Shown in pieces: positions 1-13,015 of a DNA stretch of 64,000 nucleotides. The notes below the pieces were generated by a model. That model searched no databases and was not told the DNA's origin. It saw only the letters and a program-made list of their open reading frames with translations. The DNA lies in assembly GCF_009914755.1 (NCBI RefSeq), contig NC_060932.1; one strand, given 5' to 3'. Source of the DNA: the human T2T-CHM13v2.0 reference genome, Homo sapiens. Within the stretch, counting starts at the first letter, position 1, and every line of letters starts with the position of its first letter. The translations under genes and the position numbers were made by a program.

Positions 1-313
1 AAGGAATTAGGGTGGCTGCAAACACTAGCAAGGAACTGAGGTCCTCCATTCCACAGCTCACAAGAAGATTCCAACAGCTCCTAGTGAGATTGGAGGTGGC
101 TTTTCAGCCTTATTTGAGCTTTGAGATGACTGTAGCATTGGCCAGCAGCTTGAGGGCAGCCCAGTGAAAGACCCTGAGTGAACCACTCAGCTAAGCCACT
201 CTCAGATTCCTCATCCATGGAATCTATGAGACAGTACATGTTTGTTGTTTTAATCTGCTTTTGCTGGGGGAGATGGGATAACTTGTTACACAGCCACAGG
301 TGTAACTGATACA
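1..313 (+). mobile_element. MaLR LTR 3' portion (MLT1 family), truncated by the window edge
   Basis: gcaaggaactgagg...ctcagctaagccac...cagattcct...tgttgttttaa...gttacacagc...aactgataca matches the MLT1 3' end. Confidence 0.75.
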
Positions 314-372
314 CCTCCCTCTACAGCCAAGAATTCATCAGGCCCTCTTCTCTGCCACATGTGCATCTTGCA

Positions 373-713
373 TGATATGGTTTGGCTGTGTCCCCACCCA
401 AATCTCACCTTGAATTGTAATAATCCCCATGTGTCAAGGGTGGGGCCAGGTGGAGATAATTGAATCCCCATACTGTTCTTGTGATAGTGAATAAGTGTCA
501 TGAGATCTGATGGTTCTATAAACGGGAGCTCCCTTGCACACGCTTTCTCTTGCCTGTTGCCATGTAAGATGTGACTTTGCTCCTCATTCACCTTCCACCA
601 TGATTGTGAAGCCTCCCCAGCCATTTGGAACTGAGTCAATTAAACCTCTTGCCTTTCTAAATTACCCAGTCTTGGGTATGTCTTTATTAGCAGCATAAGA
701 ACAGACTAATACA
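373..713 (+). mobile_element. THE1-family (MaLR) solo LTR with 5-bp TSD
   Basis: Starts TGATATGGTTTGGCTGTGTCCCCACCCAAATCTC and ends CAGACTAATACA. TTGCA is duplicated at 368-372 and 714-718. Confidence 0.92.
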
Positions 714-2584
714 TTGCAGAGACAGCTAACATCAGACACAGCAGACTGAAGGATAATTAGACGTCTGTATGTCCATCTTCCTTCCAGGCTCCAGGACTTC
801 CGAGAGCAAGGACCGAATCCCAGGCAGTGCTGCCTTCTCAAGCACGAAAGCCGAACTCTTGCTAATGTATCAGAGCTGTCGACAATCTCTCGCTCTCCCC
901 AGGCCCTGCAGGACATGGTTCAAGCTCACCCCTAGTCTGCCATGCTCATTGCTCCCTTTCCTTCAGCCACATTGGTTTCCTCCTGCCACCCCTCCTGCTC
1001 CTGCGCTGGCTCCTCAGCCGCCTGTCCACACACAGGCCCTCCCTGTCACTCTAGCACAACATCCTGAATGTGGTCCTAACAGCACTTCTCACAATGAATG
1101 ATTCTGTCTGTTTCTTAGCTCAGTTTTTTAAACATCCCTAATAGAACATAGACCACGAGGGCAAGGTCTCCTGTCTCCTGTCCTTCGCTGGAGCAGTCCG
1201 ACTCATAAAAGTGCCGTACAATCGATGGCTGGGTGGACGAGTGGATGAATGGATGGGCATTTATCAAATGGAGCTTGAGCTCAGTCAGTGGAGGGGGGAA
1301 CGCTTATTGCATTGAACACTGATGCAAAGTGCCCTGGACTGACCACTCCCCTGCTCCCTTCTCAGGCCCATGTTGGACTCGGGAGTCCCTCTGCACACTG
1401 AAGTGCCCCTTGAAGTGTAGCCCCTCACCCCACTGACTTTGTTCAGCAGAAACAATAACAATACCATTCATCTGTCTGTTTTATTTCCTGTAGAGAACCA
1501 GCCCAGAAACAGGAGAAAATGACAAAATGAAAAATTGTGGTTTTGAACAAAGCCTACTTTCAGAGACAGCCCTGCTTTCTTCATTATCAAACATACTCGC
1601 AGCAGCTGGGACTGCCTGGCAAGGCCGCAGGGACAGGGAAGGAGAAGAAGGAGACAGGAGGCAGGCCAGGGACAGAGCACACTGGATTGGGGATCTGGAC
1701 AGAGGCGTTCTCAGGTGGGGTGAGAGGTCCTCTGAGCCAAGAGGGGCCCCTTTCCGATTGCCTGAAATGCCAGCATTGCCCCAGCCACTCAATCCTTCTC
1801 TTCCTTTCCTCCCTGCCCCACACCCTGGGATTTCACCTCCTGACATCACTGTGCTGCCCCACTCCTGTCTGGAAGTCCTGCTCCGGTTTCTGCCCTCAGC
1901 AATTATGGGTTGAACTGCTGCATGGGTCTGCTTGGCTCCCTGGATCCCAGCTTCCCTCCGTATCCCACCCATCAGCAGCTTAGAGACCCTTTGCTGGCTG
2001 CAGTGTGGAAACCAATTAGGGAGCACAGACAGCTGGAAGGCTGCATTCAGCACGGCCCAGTCTGAGCCTCAGCTCTACTTTTCTGTCATATCAGCTGGTC
2101 AAGTTAGGAAAACTGAACCTCAGTTTTTCTTTCTGTGAGATGGACTCACAGGGCTGTGGTGGGGACCAAGGAAAACAGAGTCCATGACAGCACAGTGTCA
2201 GCCACAGATGAAGCTTCAGTGTAGAATGTGTAGGATGCCCCAAACCATGTGGCTACAAGTACCACAGCTGATGCTTCTGGAAGATTTACTAAGAGGTAGA
2301 GATGTATTGATTCTCCTATATATTTTCTTGATACTTGGTTTTAACATAAAAATGCAACATGGAACAGTCAATGGGTGTAATACCCCCATGGACACTCTTC
2401 ATTATTCTCTATTGCCTCTAACCCAGCTGAGAACTCCCCATGTGCCAGGCACTGTTAGGTGCTGTGTTTACATACTGGTGATCTCACTTAATCCTCACAA
2501 TAGCTCTGACAGGTGTGAGTTTCCACTGTCTCCTTTCTATAGATGAGGAAGTGAAGGTGCAGACAGGTGAGGCCACTGGCCTGG

Positions 2585-3035
2585 GTGTTTTAGTCTAGTT
2601 TAGTAGACCTAGAAACGTCTATTCAAGAAGTAGCATCTTTATTTAATTTGGGAGCACTGGTAGCAGAGCTGGAAAGTGAGTTAGGGAAAGGAAGCTAGCC
2701 TGTAAAGGGCTGTTATCAAGGGTGTTACCACTGTGAGCATCTGCAGTTTACACGTGTTGGGGAACTCTGGAGCCCGTCAAGAATATGTGACTCAGAGTTA
2801 GGATGTCAAGTGGTAAGGGAGCTGGGGTATTGATACTGCAACTGCCACCAGTCCTTGGCGGAGGGCTGCTCCTGTGGGTGTTGATGCCTGCTTGATAATG
2901 GATAGCACTGTCTCTGGTAGAGACGGAAAGCCCTCAGGCAAGACAGGTGCAGGCAGTTGGCAGCACAGCTGGTATGCACTGAAATGATGAGGACCCAGGG
3001 GGATATAGGTGGGGAACCAACTACTTCTACTATAC
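2585..3035. mobile_element. LTR33-like (ERVL) solo LTR, diverged
   Basis: tttgggag...gggaaaggaagc...gttatcaag...gttaccactgtg...ggggaactctgg...ctcagagtta...gctggggtatt...gagggctgctcc resembles the recalled LTR33 consensus; boundaries approximate. Confidence 0.6.
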
Positions 3036-4559
3036 TAGGGTGTTGTATGTGGTGGGGATGTGTCCAGAAGGAAACTCAGGTCTGATTTCCAATCCCCTGT
3101 TTAGGGGTCGACCATATAATACAAATGGGTACCTTGGAGAGTACCAGAAGCTAATCCTCTTCCTGTTTTCAAAACCTGACACCACCACCATGATAATGTG
3201 AAGATGGTGGTGATGATGTTCATGATGACGCATTTATTGAAAGCTGGCGGTATTCCAGGAAGTTTTATAAGCACTTCACATATGATACAGCATTTAATCA
3301 CACAACAACCCTGTGGAGGGAGGGCTCATTTTTCTCTTGTTACAGCTGAGGAAACAGCACCAGAGAGGCTATAGGGGAGCTTGGACTCCAGAACAATTTT
3401 GTTTAACTCAAAGGCTAAGACAGGCATTTTTAGGGATGTGGGGCTATTTGCTAAAGTTGGCACTTATTTTAGGAGACTTTTAACTCAAATATAGTCTCCC
3501 ACTACCTCAAATAGAAATATAGTGGAAATCTCATTGTTGGATGTTTGGAACCAGGGTTAGAAGGATCTAATCTTGCTCTATATCTTTGGACATGTTCGTT
3601 ATTCCCTCTGAGCCTCCGTATCCTTGTCTGTAGAGTAAATGAGGGGCTGGATAAGATGCTCTCTGGGTTCCTTACAGCTCAGAGGGTATCTGCTTCAGGG
3701 ACTGTTATTCAGGGGCTGACAGTAGAACCATGGAGCTCACAGAGCCAGAGTCCTAGCCTGGCTGCCCAAGACAGGGAACTTAAACAAGTCACCTGATACT
3801 TTTCAGTTGGAATCTCCCCACCTATAAAATGTGAGCAGCATCCACCCACCTGGCCTGAATTTAGGATTAAGAAGGGTTGTGTTTGTGACCGTGATGCACA
3901 CTCTGAGGGAGATAACAGTGATCCTTATTGTGTCATAAATACCCCATAGCTCCATCTTGTCCAGCCCTTTGATGTCTGTTATCTTAGGCAGGGAGAGGTT
4001 TGCAAATGGACCTGGAAGACGGGCTGTGTGAGTGGAAACCCCAACTGCCATTTGTTGGCTCTGTGATCTCAGAAGAGTCCTCCAATTCTCCAGGAGCATC
4101 TCTCTCCATCTGTGAAATGAGGATGTCCACTCTATCTACTTTCTGAAGTTGTAAAGATTTTGGTCAGAAATGGGGTAAAGGAGCACTTTAGTGCAATGCG
4201 TGGCACAGAGCCTCTGCACAAGTAGCTAGAATTAGCAGCAGGCTGAATAATGATTTTATAGCTTTACTTTTATTTTACTATTTTTTGCTTAACTTGGTTC
4301 CACATCTATTATTTCATCCCCTCAGCAACTGCATATAAAAACAAACAGGGTGTGATTCCCATTTCAGAGATTAAACAATCTAACAGATAAACAAAGCCTG
4401 GAAAACATGAACAGTGTGTGACGTGGGCGATGGTGTTACAGCTGGCTGGCAGTGGCTGGCATGTGAGCTGCAGTTTGCACGTGTCTGTCCTCCCACCTCT
4501 GCAAGCCCCAATCTCTCCTCTCCCCACTACCCCTGACCAACTCACTCTCAGCTTAATTT

Positions 4560-5760
4560 TTAAAAATTGGTATGCACAGGGTTTTTGATGATTTATCATT
4601 CTGTTAACAAAGCAAGTTATGACAAAGTCTATAAACCTGTTTATGATGTCTTTTGCCAGAATGCCACTTCCTAAAATTTTATGTTTCCCAACTTACTCAT
4701 TTTTCCTTATGGTTTATGTTTGACAGACCAGGAAACAATTTTGCAGCATGTATAACAAATAAGCAATTAGTATACAAAATATGTAAAGGTTATCTAGAAA
4801 TCATTCAGTAAATAAAACTAGCATAGTAGTAAAACAGGCAAAGGATATGGCCTAGCATCACCAAAGGGGGACGTGGGAACCATCAGTAAACATAGGGAAG
4901 GATTTCCAGTCTCAATGGTAATCAGGCAAATGCAGATGAAAACCGCAATATTACCCTCTATGCCCAGCAGACTGGCAAAACAACAAAACATTATACACAT
5001 ATATTTTATATCTATATAATGTACCATTATATAGATATAAATTATATGTATCTATATATAATGTTCACATGTTTATATATTTATATATTATATATAATGG
5101 TATATATAATTATAGAGATATAAATTAAATAAACATTATCTATATAATTTATGTCTATAATGTATGTATATGTTTATATAATGTTTATATATTATATATA
5201 ATTTATATATTTACACACAACATATATATATATTCACACACACACATACATACACACATATAAAGGTCACTTTCTAGAGCAATTTGAAATACATGGGAAA
5301 GTTAAAAATTGTGTATCCCACAGCCCAATCATTAAACTTGAGGGTACATACCTCCAAGAAATGCTCTCAATTAATCTATATCTCAAGCTTAAAGGGCAGC
5401 TGTTGCTTACATTTTCCTCATAAGTAAAGTGCATGGAGATGTACCCCCCTTTTCAAAGTCCAAGGCTTCCTAATTATGTAGTGATACATTAGAAACTATC
5501 TAAATACCACTAACAGGAGAATGAATGACATATGAATGAATATATAACAAAGCATTATGCTTTAGCTAAAAAAAAATAAAAGCTTAGACACATGATTTTG
5601 AGTAAAGAAAACAAAAAAAGCCAGATGTAGTCCATTATTTACATAAACTTCCAAGAATCTATCCTATGCGTAATGGTACTATATTTGCTTATGCTTATGT
5701 ATACATAGATACATAAAATGGTTTTGGAAAGAGCTTTCCCCACATCATGTTTCCTGTTAT
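4560..5760. mobile_element. Old L1 (L1M-type) fragments interrupted by a TA-rich tract
   Basis: L1 ORF2-end-like motifs such as aaacaggcaaaggatatg and taatcaggcaaatgcagatgaaaac...agactggcaaaa; AT-rich; boundaries approximate. Confidence 0.6.
4990..5262. repeat. Degenerate (TA)n / (CA)n simple repeat
   Basis: About 270 bp almost entirely tatata..., ending in cacacaca. Confidence 0.9.
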
Positions 5761-6609
5761 TTCTCAGGCAGTGGGGGATGCTCTTGGGCATGGGAGCTAA
5801 CGTTGACTTCAGCTTGAAGATGGAACATGTGGATCACTGTGCAAGGTGTCTGTGTGTATTGTATTATGTACATACTTACGGTGTATGCATCTCTGTGGCT
5901 ACAGATGTGGGTATGTATTTCCAGAGGGAAGAAAGAAAAATTAAAGAAATGAAAAAAACAGAAGAGAAATGAAGTAAGGAGGGAAGAGGAAAAATAAAAG
6001 AAGGAAAGAACATTGATTCAGGATGTTCAGTTATTGCCAGTTGTTATCCCTAGTTGGTGCAATGAGGATGATTATTGTTTATTTTCCACATATTTTCCAA
6101 TTTTTTTTACAATCAAGGAAGAAGGAAAAAATCTGTATTTAAATTTATCAGAAACTATTATATACCTATCCACCTACCTGCATATATATATTCATATACA
6201 TATGTATCTATATATGTATGTATGTGTGTGTGTGACTTTGCAGACCTAGGAGCTACCTTTCTCTAAAATTGTTTATGCGGCCAGATCCATGTCAGTCTTG
6301 CTCTCTTTTGCGGGTACCGGTGTCCCCAGTGCAGAGCACAGTGCCTGGCACATAGTAGGTGCTCAATGTATATGTGATGAATGATTGATGGAATGGTTGA
6401 ATAACCGAATGAGTTAATACATGGGTGATGGTGAATTGGGGTTCAAATATGGCAGTTTTCTGAGTCAGGGTCTTTCCTTCTAAGACGGTCCAAGGTGATG
6501 ATTTGGTACCTGGTTCATGCAGGTGTGGAGAACACTGAGGGCACTTAGCTCCCAAGGCTTCTCCCCGGTGGCCTGGAACCTGGGCTGCAGAAGGCCCCCT
6601 GGTACTCAC

Positions 6610-6885
6610 GTCAATGGGCACACTGTCGTAGAGGCGCTTGCCAATCACAGTCTTGCCCTGGATGTCAATGTTCTCCCGTTCCTCGATGGGTAGTGTCTGC
6701 ACCAGCGCACAGTCAATGTGCAGGGAGACGTTCTGGGCCTGGATGCTCAGGGCCATCTTGTGCCAGTCCCGGTCAAAGAGGTCATTGACCCGAGAACCTC
6801 GGAAGACCACCCTGACAGCATCTTTCATGGCACCCACAGCGTTGTACTCGACTGCCTTGTTTTCACCATCCAGCCGGATGGAGAC
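6610..6885 (-). CDS. COL22A1: COL22A1 coding exon (probably exon 7), TSPN/LamG-like domain, 276 nt, phase 0-0
   Basis: Acceptor tcctttcctccccag|GTC and donor GAC|gtgagt. Encodes VSIRLDGENKAVEY...LFDRDWHKMALSIQ...LHIDC...YDSVPID; LFDxxWHK and IDC are TSPN hallmarks. Confidence 0.96.
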
Positions 6886-7506
6886 CTGGGGAGGAAAGGA
6901 CCAGAGACTCCTTGAGCTTCTTGGGGCCAAGGGAAAAGGAGAGAATGGGAAACGGGAGTTCAGAGTCAGACCTGGCAATCCTGAGTCAATCCTGGCTGTG
7001 ACTCTTACCAGCTGGTCACCTGCCACCTGAGCTTGGACAAATTCCGTCACACCTCTGAGAGCCTCGGGTTCCTCCTCGCACAATGGTGTTAATGATGTCT
7101 ACCTTGCAGGCTGTTCTAAACCCAGTATTAAAAGGAATAATTGCACTCATACATTAACTCAGGGGTCACAGCCTCAACTGTCTGGAAGGGCTATGTGGGT
7201 AAGAGAGCTTTGGTGAGACTCCAAGACAATTCATGCACAGAGGGGCTTGAGTTGTGAGACCAGCCAGAAATCCCAACTAGTTTCAGTGTCTTTTAAAATC
7301 GTGGGCTGGTTAAACCAAAAATATCTTCAGGCCTGATCTATTACCCTACACTGTCTTTTATTTGAGGATAAAGCTGGGGCTCCCATAAAATGTTTCTTGA
7401 TAGCAGAGGTCTGACCTGTCTGGGTCATTGGGGTAGCCTTCGGAAAATGCACAGGCATTTTGGAATGGGCAAATTCTGGAGAAGATTTTACTGTTTTACT
7501 TCCGAT

Positions 7507-7828
7507 TTTTTGTTTTGTTTTGTTTTGTTTTGTTTTGTTTTGAGATGGAGTCTCACTCTGTTGCCCAGGCTGGAGTGCAGTTGTGTGATCTCAGCTCACT
7601 GCAGCCTCTGCCTCCCAGATTTAAGCAATTCTCTTCTCCCGCCTTAGTCTCCCGAGTAGCTGGGATTACAGGTGTGCACCACCACACTCACCTAATTTTT
7701 GTGATTTTAGTAGAGACAAGGTTTCACCATTTTGGCCAGGCTGGTCTCAAACTCCTGACCTCAAATGATCTGCCCACCTTGCCCTCTCAAAGTGCTGGGA
7801 TTACTGATGTGAGCCACCGTGCTCAGCC
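7507..7828 (-). mobile_element. Alu (AluS type) with (GTTTT)n tail
   Basis: Reverse Alu consensus: tgagatggagtctcactctgttgcccaggctggagtgcag...caaagtgctgggatta. Confidence 0.95.
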
Positions 7829-8902
7829 TGATTGCTTTTTAATAATGAATAAATGATTATGTTCTCATCCATGTACTTATTTTGTCATCCCTCCAGAATA
7901 GTCACCAAACATCCTGTGTGCCCAGCAGGCAACATGCCAGGTGTCAGGAACACAACACAATCAGTGCACAAAAGTATGAACAGAATAGAAGGCACAGAAC
8001 ATGAGTATCCATTGAGTGAATGAAATAGTATTTCCTTGTTCCATCTCTGCAAGGTTAGTCTTCATCTGCTCTAATATTCACGTGTTGCCCTTCCCTGGGG
8101 CTCCCTGCTCCCAGGATCTGACCTTTTAGGACTTCTTCTCGGCTCCTGGGCCCTTTGGCTTCTAGTTGAGCTTGGCCCATGGGAAGTCCATTGGAATGGA
8201 GACCAGTGAGCAGGAAGAGAGAGAGTTGGAGTATTTATTCCTCCCACCCCTCCTGGCTTCCCTGTGGCTCCTGAGTGGCTTTGTCCCTCCATGTGCCCCA
8301 GTTCTTTGGACATATATCCTCCTCTGTGACTCTAGAACTCACCATCTCCTCCCCGTTCCCCTGCCTATCCAGGCCCAGGTGGTAGCTTCCTCCTGTGGCT
8401 GATCCTGGCATGCCTTGGCATTTCTTGTTGGTTTCCTTAACCCTTATCCCTTAACCGCATCAGCTCCCTTAACCCCAGTTACTTTGCTACAGCACTCGTC
8501 AAAAATGTGGGCCCAGTGGGGGCTGTCTCTTGCTAGCCTACATCTAAACCAATGAATCACTTTTTAGCTGTGTGACCTTGGGTAAGTTATTTAACCTTTC
8601 TACAGCTTCCTCATTTGTAAAATGGGACCAATAGTAGTGCCTATTTGTGAAGAGGATCATATAAATTGATCCACGATAATTTAATTAATGAATTGTCACG
8701 AGGATTATGAGAAGTATAATATATATAAAACATTTATATAGTATTTATTATTTGCCAGGCACTGTTCTAAATATTTGCAATAATGAATTAAGCAAGTTCA
8801 CAGGCATCACAGCAGTGAAACCTTCTCTGATAAACATGTACTCTTGGATTTTAACCTGGCCATCTGTTCTCACATCCCAAGATGTGATTTATTGGCTTTT
8901 TT

Positions 8903-9184
8903 CTTTTTTCTTTTTCTTTCTGTCATCCCAGCTGGAGTGCAGAGGAGTGATTCAGCTCACTGCAACCTCAACCTCCCAGGTTCAAGCAATTCTCCTGCTT
9001 CAGCCTCCCGAGTAGCTGGGACTACAGGTGCGCACCACCATGCCCAGCTAATCTTTGTATTTTTAGTAGAGATGGGGTTTCACCATGTTGGCCAGGCTGG
9101 TCTTGAACTCCTGACCTCAGGTGATTTGCCTGCCTTGGCCTCTCACAGTGCTGGGATTACAGGCATGAGCCACTGTGCCCAACC
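8903..9184 (-). mobile_element. Alu (AluSx-like) with imperfect TSD
   Basis: Reverse Alu. Flanks atttattggcttttt (8887) and atttattgacttttt (9185). Confidence 0.95.
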
Positions 9185-11569
9185 ATTTATTGACTTTTTT
9201 CATAGCACAGCATCAGTATATGAAATTATCTTATGCGTATCTTTTGTTCACCTTTTTTGTCTTTCCCATCCATGCTTTTAAACAGGCATTTTCTCTCTTC
9301 ATCTCTGTAATCCCAGTGGCTAGGAAAACACATGGTACACAGTGGCACTCAATAACAAGGTACTGAATGCATGAAGGAATGAACAAATGAATAAGAGTCT
9401 CTGTAGTTAAAGGAAGGTGCTCACGTAGTGCAGGGGGATCAGCTACGTATTCAACACAACCTGGGTCTTCTGGTCTCTTTTTCTGTGCTCCACATGGCTT
9501 CAGTACAACCAAGGAAGACTGGGATTTATTTTAATTCCATCACCTATTTTATGCTATGAGTAGGGCATAAAATAGAAAACTATGAAACCCTGTCAAATGA
9601 TCTAATACTTCTAATACATATAAAGCTAATAATTGCATGATTAAACATGGTCTTCTATTTCATATGTTCGAGCACTGTGTCCCTGAACCTTCAGAGCTTC
9701 CTGGGGACATGACTTTCCCATGTTTCTGCCTCTAGCATGATATAGAGCAAGGGAGGGCATCCAGCAGTCCGATGTCTTGTGTTTACCAATACTAGCTGGG
9801 TGGCCCTGGGGAAGGCACTTTCTATGTCAGCTCCATCAGCAAATCCTACTGGTTCTATTTTCAAAATTAATCTATAACCTGATTGTTTCTTCTAATCTCT
9901 CTATTACTGCCGGCATCCACACTTGCCTGGATCACTACTATGTTCTCCTAATTTGTCCTCCTATTTCTGGGCCTGTGCAACTCCACAGAGTCTCTTCTCA
10001 AACAAAAAGTCCCTAGACTGGCCTACAAGACTTATTGAAACCCAGCCTCAGTTTACCCAAATGACAAATGGGGAAAATGTCAGCTTTTAAGGGTGGTTGT
10101 AAATGGCAAATGAAAGCATGCACATATATATCTGTAGATGAACTTCTCTATCTGTAGATCTGCCATGACTGACAGAGTGCATGGGCATGCAACCAACACC
10201 ACTCTGCTCACAGTTCATCTTCTTTATAGGTCTTTATCCAACTTTCCTGTGTCTAGCCAGTATTTCCCCAGGGCGTGGAAGTGCGCATCATTGGCACTTC
10301 TGGTGACGGGCACTCAACCAAGCCTTGATTAACAAGGGTAAATTTCTGTGTGCCTCTTCAGACAGGAATCTCAAATCTCAAGACAGACTTCATCTCTCCA
10401 TGGTTCTGTGGTATTTCATCCCATTACTCATTTTGACAGAAGGAGGGGAAGATGCACACATGGCAGACAGGACACAGACAGCTCTGCAAATGCCATGAAG
10501 GAAGAGATCCCAGACTGAGGGGGCGGTGCAGGCTCACCCACAAGAATGTAATGTCAGGTGCCCAGTCCCACTGCACCAGACCCTGAGAAAATGGAGAAGC
10601 AAGACCTGTGCAATTGGAGATGGAGTTGGATGGGAATGCAATGGACTTCTCCAGAAAAGTGGCCTCTGGAGAAGAATCCCAACTCCTCCATTCAGCCTTC
10701 CACACTTACAAAATCAAGCCTCTCAGCAGTTAGTTTGAAAATGTCTCAATGTCTCTGCATCTCAGTATGACCAGGGATGTTATGGAAAAATCATTCAGCA
10801 GGACTAATTGATCAGGACAGGCTTGGAACAGAAGCCAGCTGAGCATATGGTTAAAAGCACAGATGTGGGAACCTGAATGACTGGGTTCAAATCTCAACCC
10901 CTGCTCTTATTACCTGTCAAAAGGTAAGCAAATTTCTTAGCCTCTCTGTGGCTCAGTTTCCTCATAACTGTGATGCTAACAGTAGAAAATATTCACAGAG
11001 TTATTATGAAGACTAAATGAATTAGTATTTGTAAAGCCCTCCAAACAATCCCCAGCTCCTACTAAGAGTATGTACATGTTGATAAGCAAACGCATCTGAA
11101 GTCAGGGCCCAGCCTCAACCTGGGAGGGTGAGCTCACTGTTTAAGAGTATCTTGCCCTCTCAGATGGCAGGCCATGAGTGTGACTGCTGGAGTCCAATTG
11201 CTTGAGCATGCTTTTATTTTATTTTAGCCCCCAGTGAAAGTTTAGTCAGTATCTCCCAGCTGAAAAGTGAGTAATATCTTCATCCAGTTCATTTTACTAG
11301 GAGAGGAGAAAGAAACGGTTTGTCTATGACTTGAGAACAAGGGGATTTGGATTTGGCAGAGAACAAATAGTAGTGTTGCTTTTATCTCAAACCAACAGAT
11401 GGTGTTGATGGCTTTGAATTTCAGATTTCTCTTTCCTCACCGGACTGTGTGCTGGTGGAGAGCTGTCCTACCTTCATGGGAACTGAAAGCTGAAACACAT
11501 CAGAGGTGAGTAAAGACAGGACCCAGAGCTTCATTCAGAAGAACACTGAAGGGAACTTCTCATGATGAG

Positions 11570-11800
11570 ATTTTATTACGTATCAGACACTGTTCTAGAT
11601 GCTTTACAGACCATTATTCCATCTGATTCTCCCACCAACGGTTCATGGTAGGTACTCTATTTTCCATTTTACAGCTAAGAAAACCAAGACTCAGAAAGAT
11701 AAAGTAACCCATCCCAGGACCCACACGAATGAAGGAGTAGACACGAGACCTGAACCCAGGTCTATGTGACCCTGAGCCAGTGCCCTCCACTGCATCACGA
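11570..11800 (-). mobile_element. MIR (one representative of many; others near 2420-2590, 8565-8700, 10840-11090, 19990-20240, 27590-27820, 40520-40900, 53010-53150)
   Basis: MIR core ccattttacagctaagaaaaccaagactcagaaagataaagtaacc...tgaacccaggtct. Confidence 0.8.
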
Positions 11801-12136
11801 AGCTGGGTCACTCATGCTGCCAATATAGGTGTCACAGGACAGCAGAGTTGGTGTCCATGTCCTTGGCTAGACCAAGTGTCTTGGAGGACAGGAACTCAGT
11901 CTTCTTTACCCCCATCAGAAGGCCTGGTACTACATTATCATTAGGACAAGAAGCTAGACCTCTTGGGTCTCATGACATCCCCCCTGCAGGTCCTCTGAGC
12001 CTCCATACGCCAGGCTCTCTATCTCTCTAGGCCCAGGGATAAGAGCCCTGGAGAAAACATGGTGGGTGGTGCCATCCACTGTGAGAGGGGAACAGAAAGC
12101 TCAGGACCACTGAGATAAGGCATCTGCTGCCCTTAC

Positions 12137-12260
12137 CTGTGGGATGCCGTACTGGTCGATGACCTGCCAGATATACCAGTCTTCCTTCCGAGAGGTTTTC
12201 CTGAACCGGAAGGTTGTGACAAAGGCGTACTCATCAGGTAAACCTTGGGGGAACACATCC
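12137..12260 (-). CDS. COL22A1: COL22A1 coding exon (probably exon 6), TSPN domain, 124 nt, phase 2-0
   Basis: Acceptor ccatttttctccag|G and donor CAG|gtaagg. Encodes DVFPQGLPDEYAFVTTFRFRKTSRKEDWYIWQVIDQYGIPQ, with the FPxGLPxEY TSPN motif. Confidence 0.96.
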
Positions 12261-12688
12261 CTGGAGAAAAATGGAGACAAAGACACCAGGCTTGGCGATG
12301 AGAGCAGGGAGCCAGCAAAGTGAGCCCACACAACCCAGCAGTGATCAAGCCCTGCCAATTTGACTTCCTAAATATTTCCACCATCCACCTTCTTGGCCTG
12401 CCTTCACTGCCTTCTCCTTAGGTCAGGGCCTCAATGTGGCCTAGACCATCGTCATGACCCCCGAGGCTCCAACATCAGCACCTTCAAATCCATCCCTATG
12501 GTGCGTCTGCTTCCATCTCTCCACCACCACCATGACTCTGATGACATCCACAGTAAACGCTAAATGGTCACGCCCCCGGGATCAAATATGGAGAGATACC
12601 CAGCTTCGCTGCTCCCTGCTGCATCCTCCTCAGCCAGGACAAATGGATATACCTTATCCTGCTTGGTGCCCTGTCCCAGATGCCAGGA

Positions 12689-13015
12689 TGCCATGGTCTG
12701 AATGTTGCTGTCTTCCTAAATCCATATGTTGAAATCTTCACACCAAGGTGATGGTAACAGCAGATGGGGTTTTGGTGGCGGGTGATTAGGTCTTGAGGGC
12801 AGAAAGCTCACGAATGGGATTTGTGCCCTTATAAGAGAGACCCCAGAGAGCTTGTTTACCCCTCCCACCATGTCAGAGTACAGGGAAGGATGGTGTCTAT
12901 GAGGACCCTGACCTTAGACTTCCCAGCCTGCAGAACTGTGAGGAGTAAACACTGTGTATAAGCCACCCAGCTTAGCTTACGGTGCTTTGTCATGGCGGCC
13001 AGAATAGACTGGGAT
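12689..13015 (+). mobile_element. MLT1A-type MaLR LTR
   Basis: atggtctgaatgtt...tatgttgaaatc...gattaggtc...atgggatt...tgcccttataagagagacc...gacttcccagcc...agaactgtgag...taagccaccc. Confidence 0.8.

Noticed and set aside
1-6290. Next COL22A1 exon (end of TSPN domain) and Gly-X-Y exons
   Set aside because: No matching coding sequence found here; they must lie beyond the left edge of the window.
6886-7083. N-terminal 66 aa of the 263-aa ORF
   Set aside because: Intronic MIR-like sequence and pyrimidine tract upstream of the acceptor; no evidence for a promoter or start.
8336-8345. Strong gene-strand donor ATG|GTGAGT (similar one near 46765)
   Set aside because: No convincing upstream pyrimidine tract and acceptor; lone donors are common in introns.
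7390-9281. ORFs with motifs such as LECSG, SPASAS and [12 protein letters not shown] (also near 14.9, 30.3, 46.1, 47.5 and 53.3 kb)
   Set aside because: Standard Alu translation artefacts.
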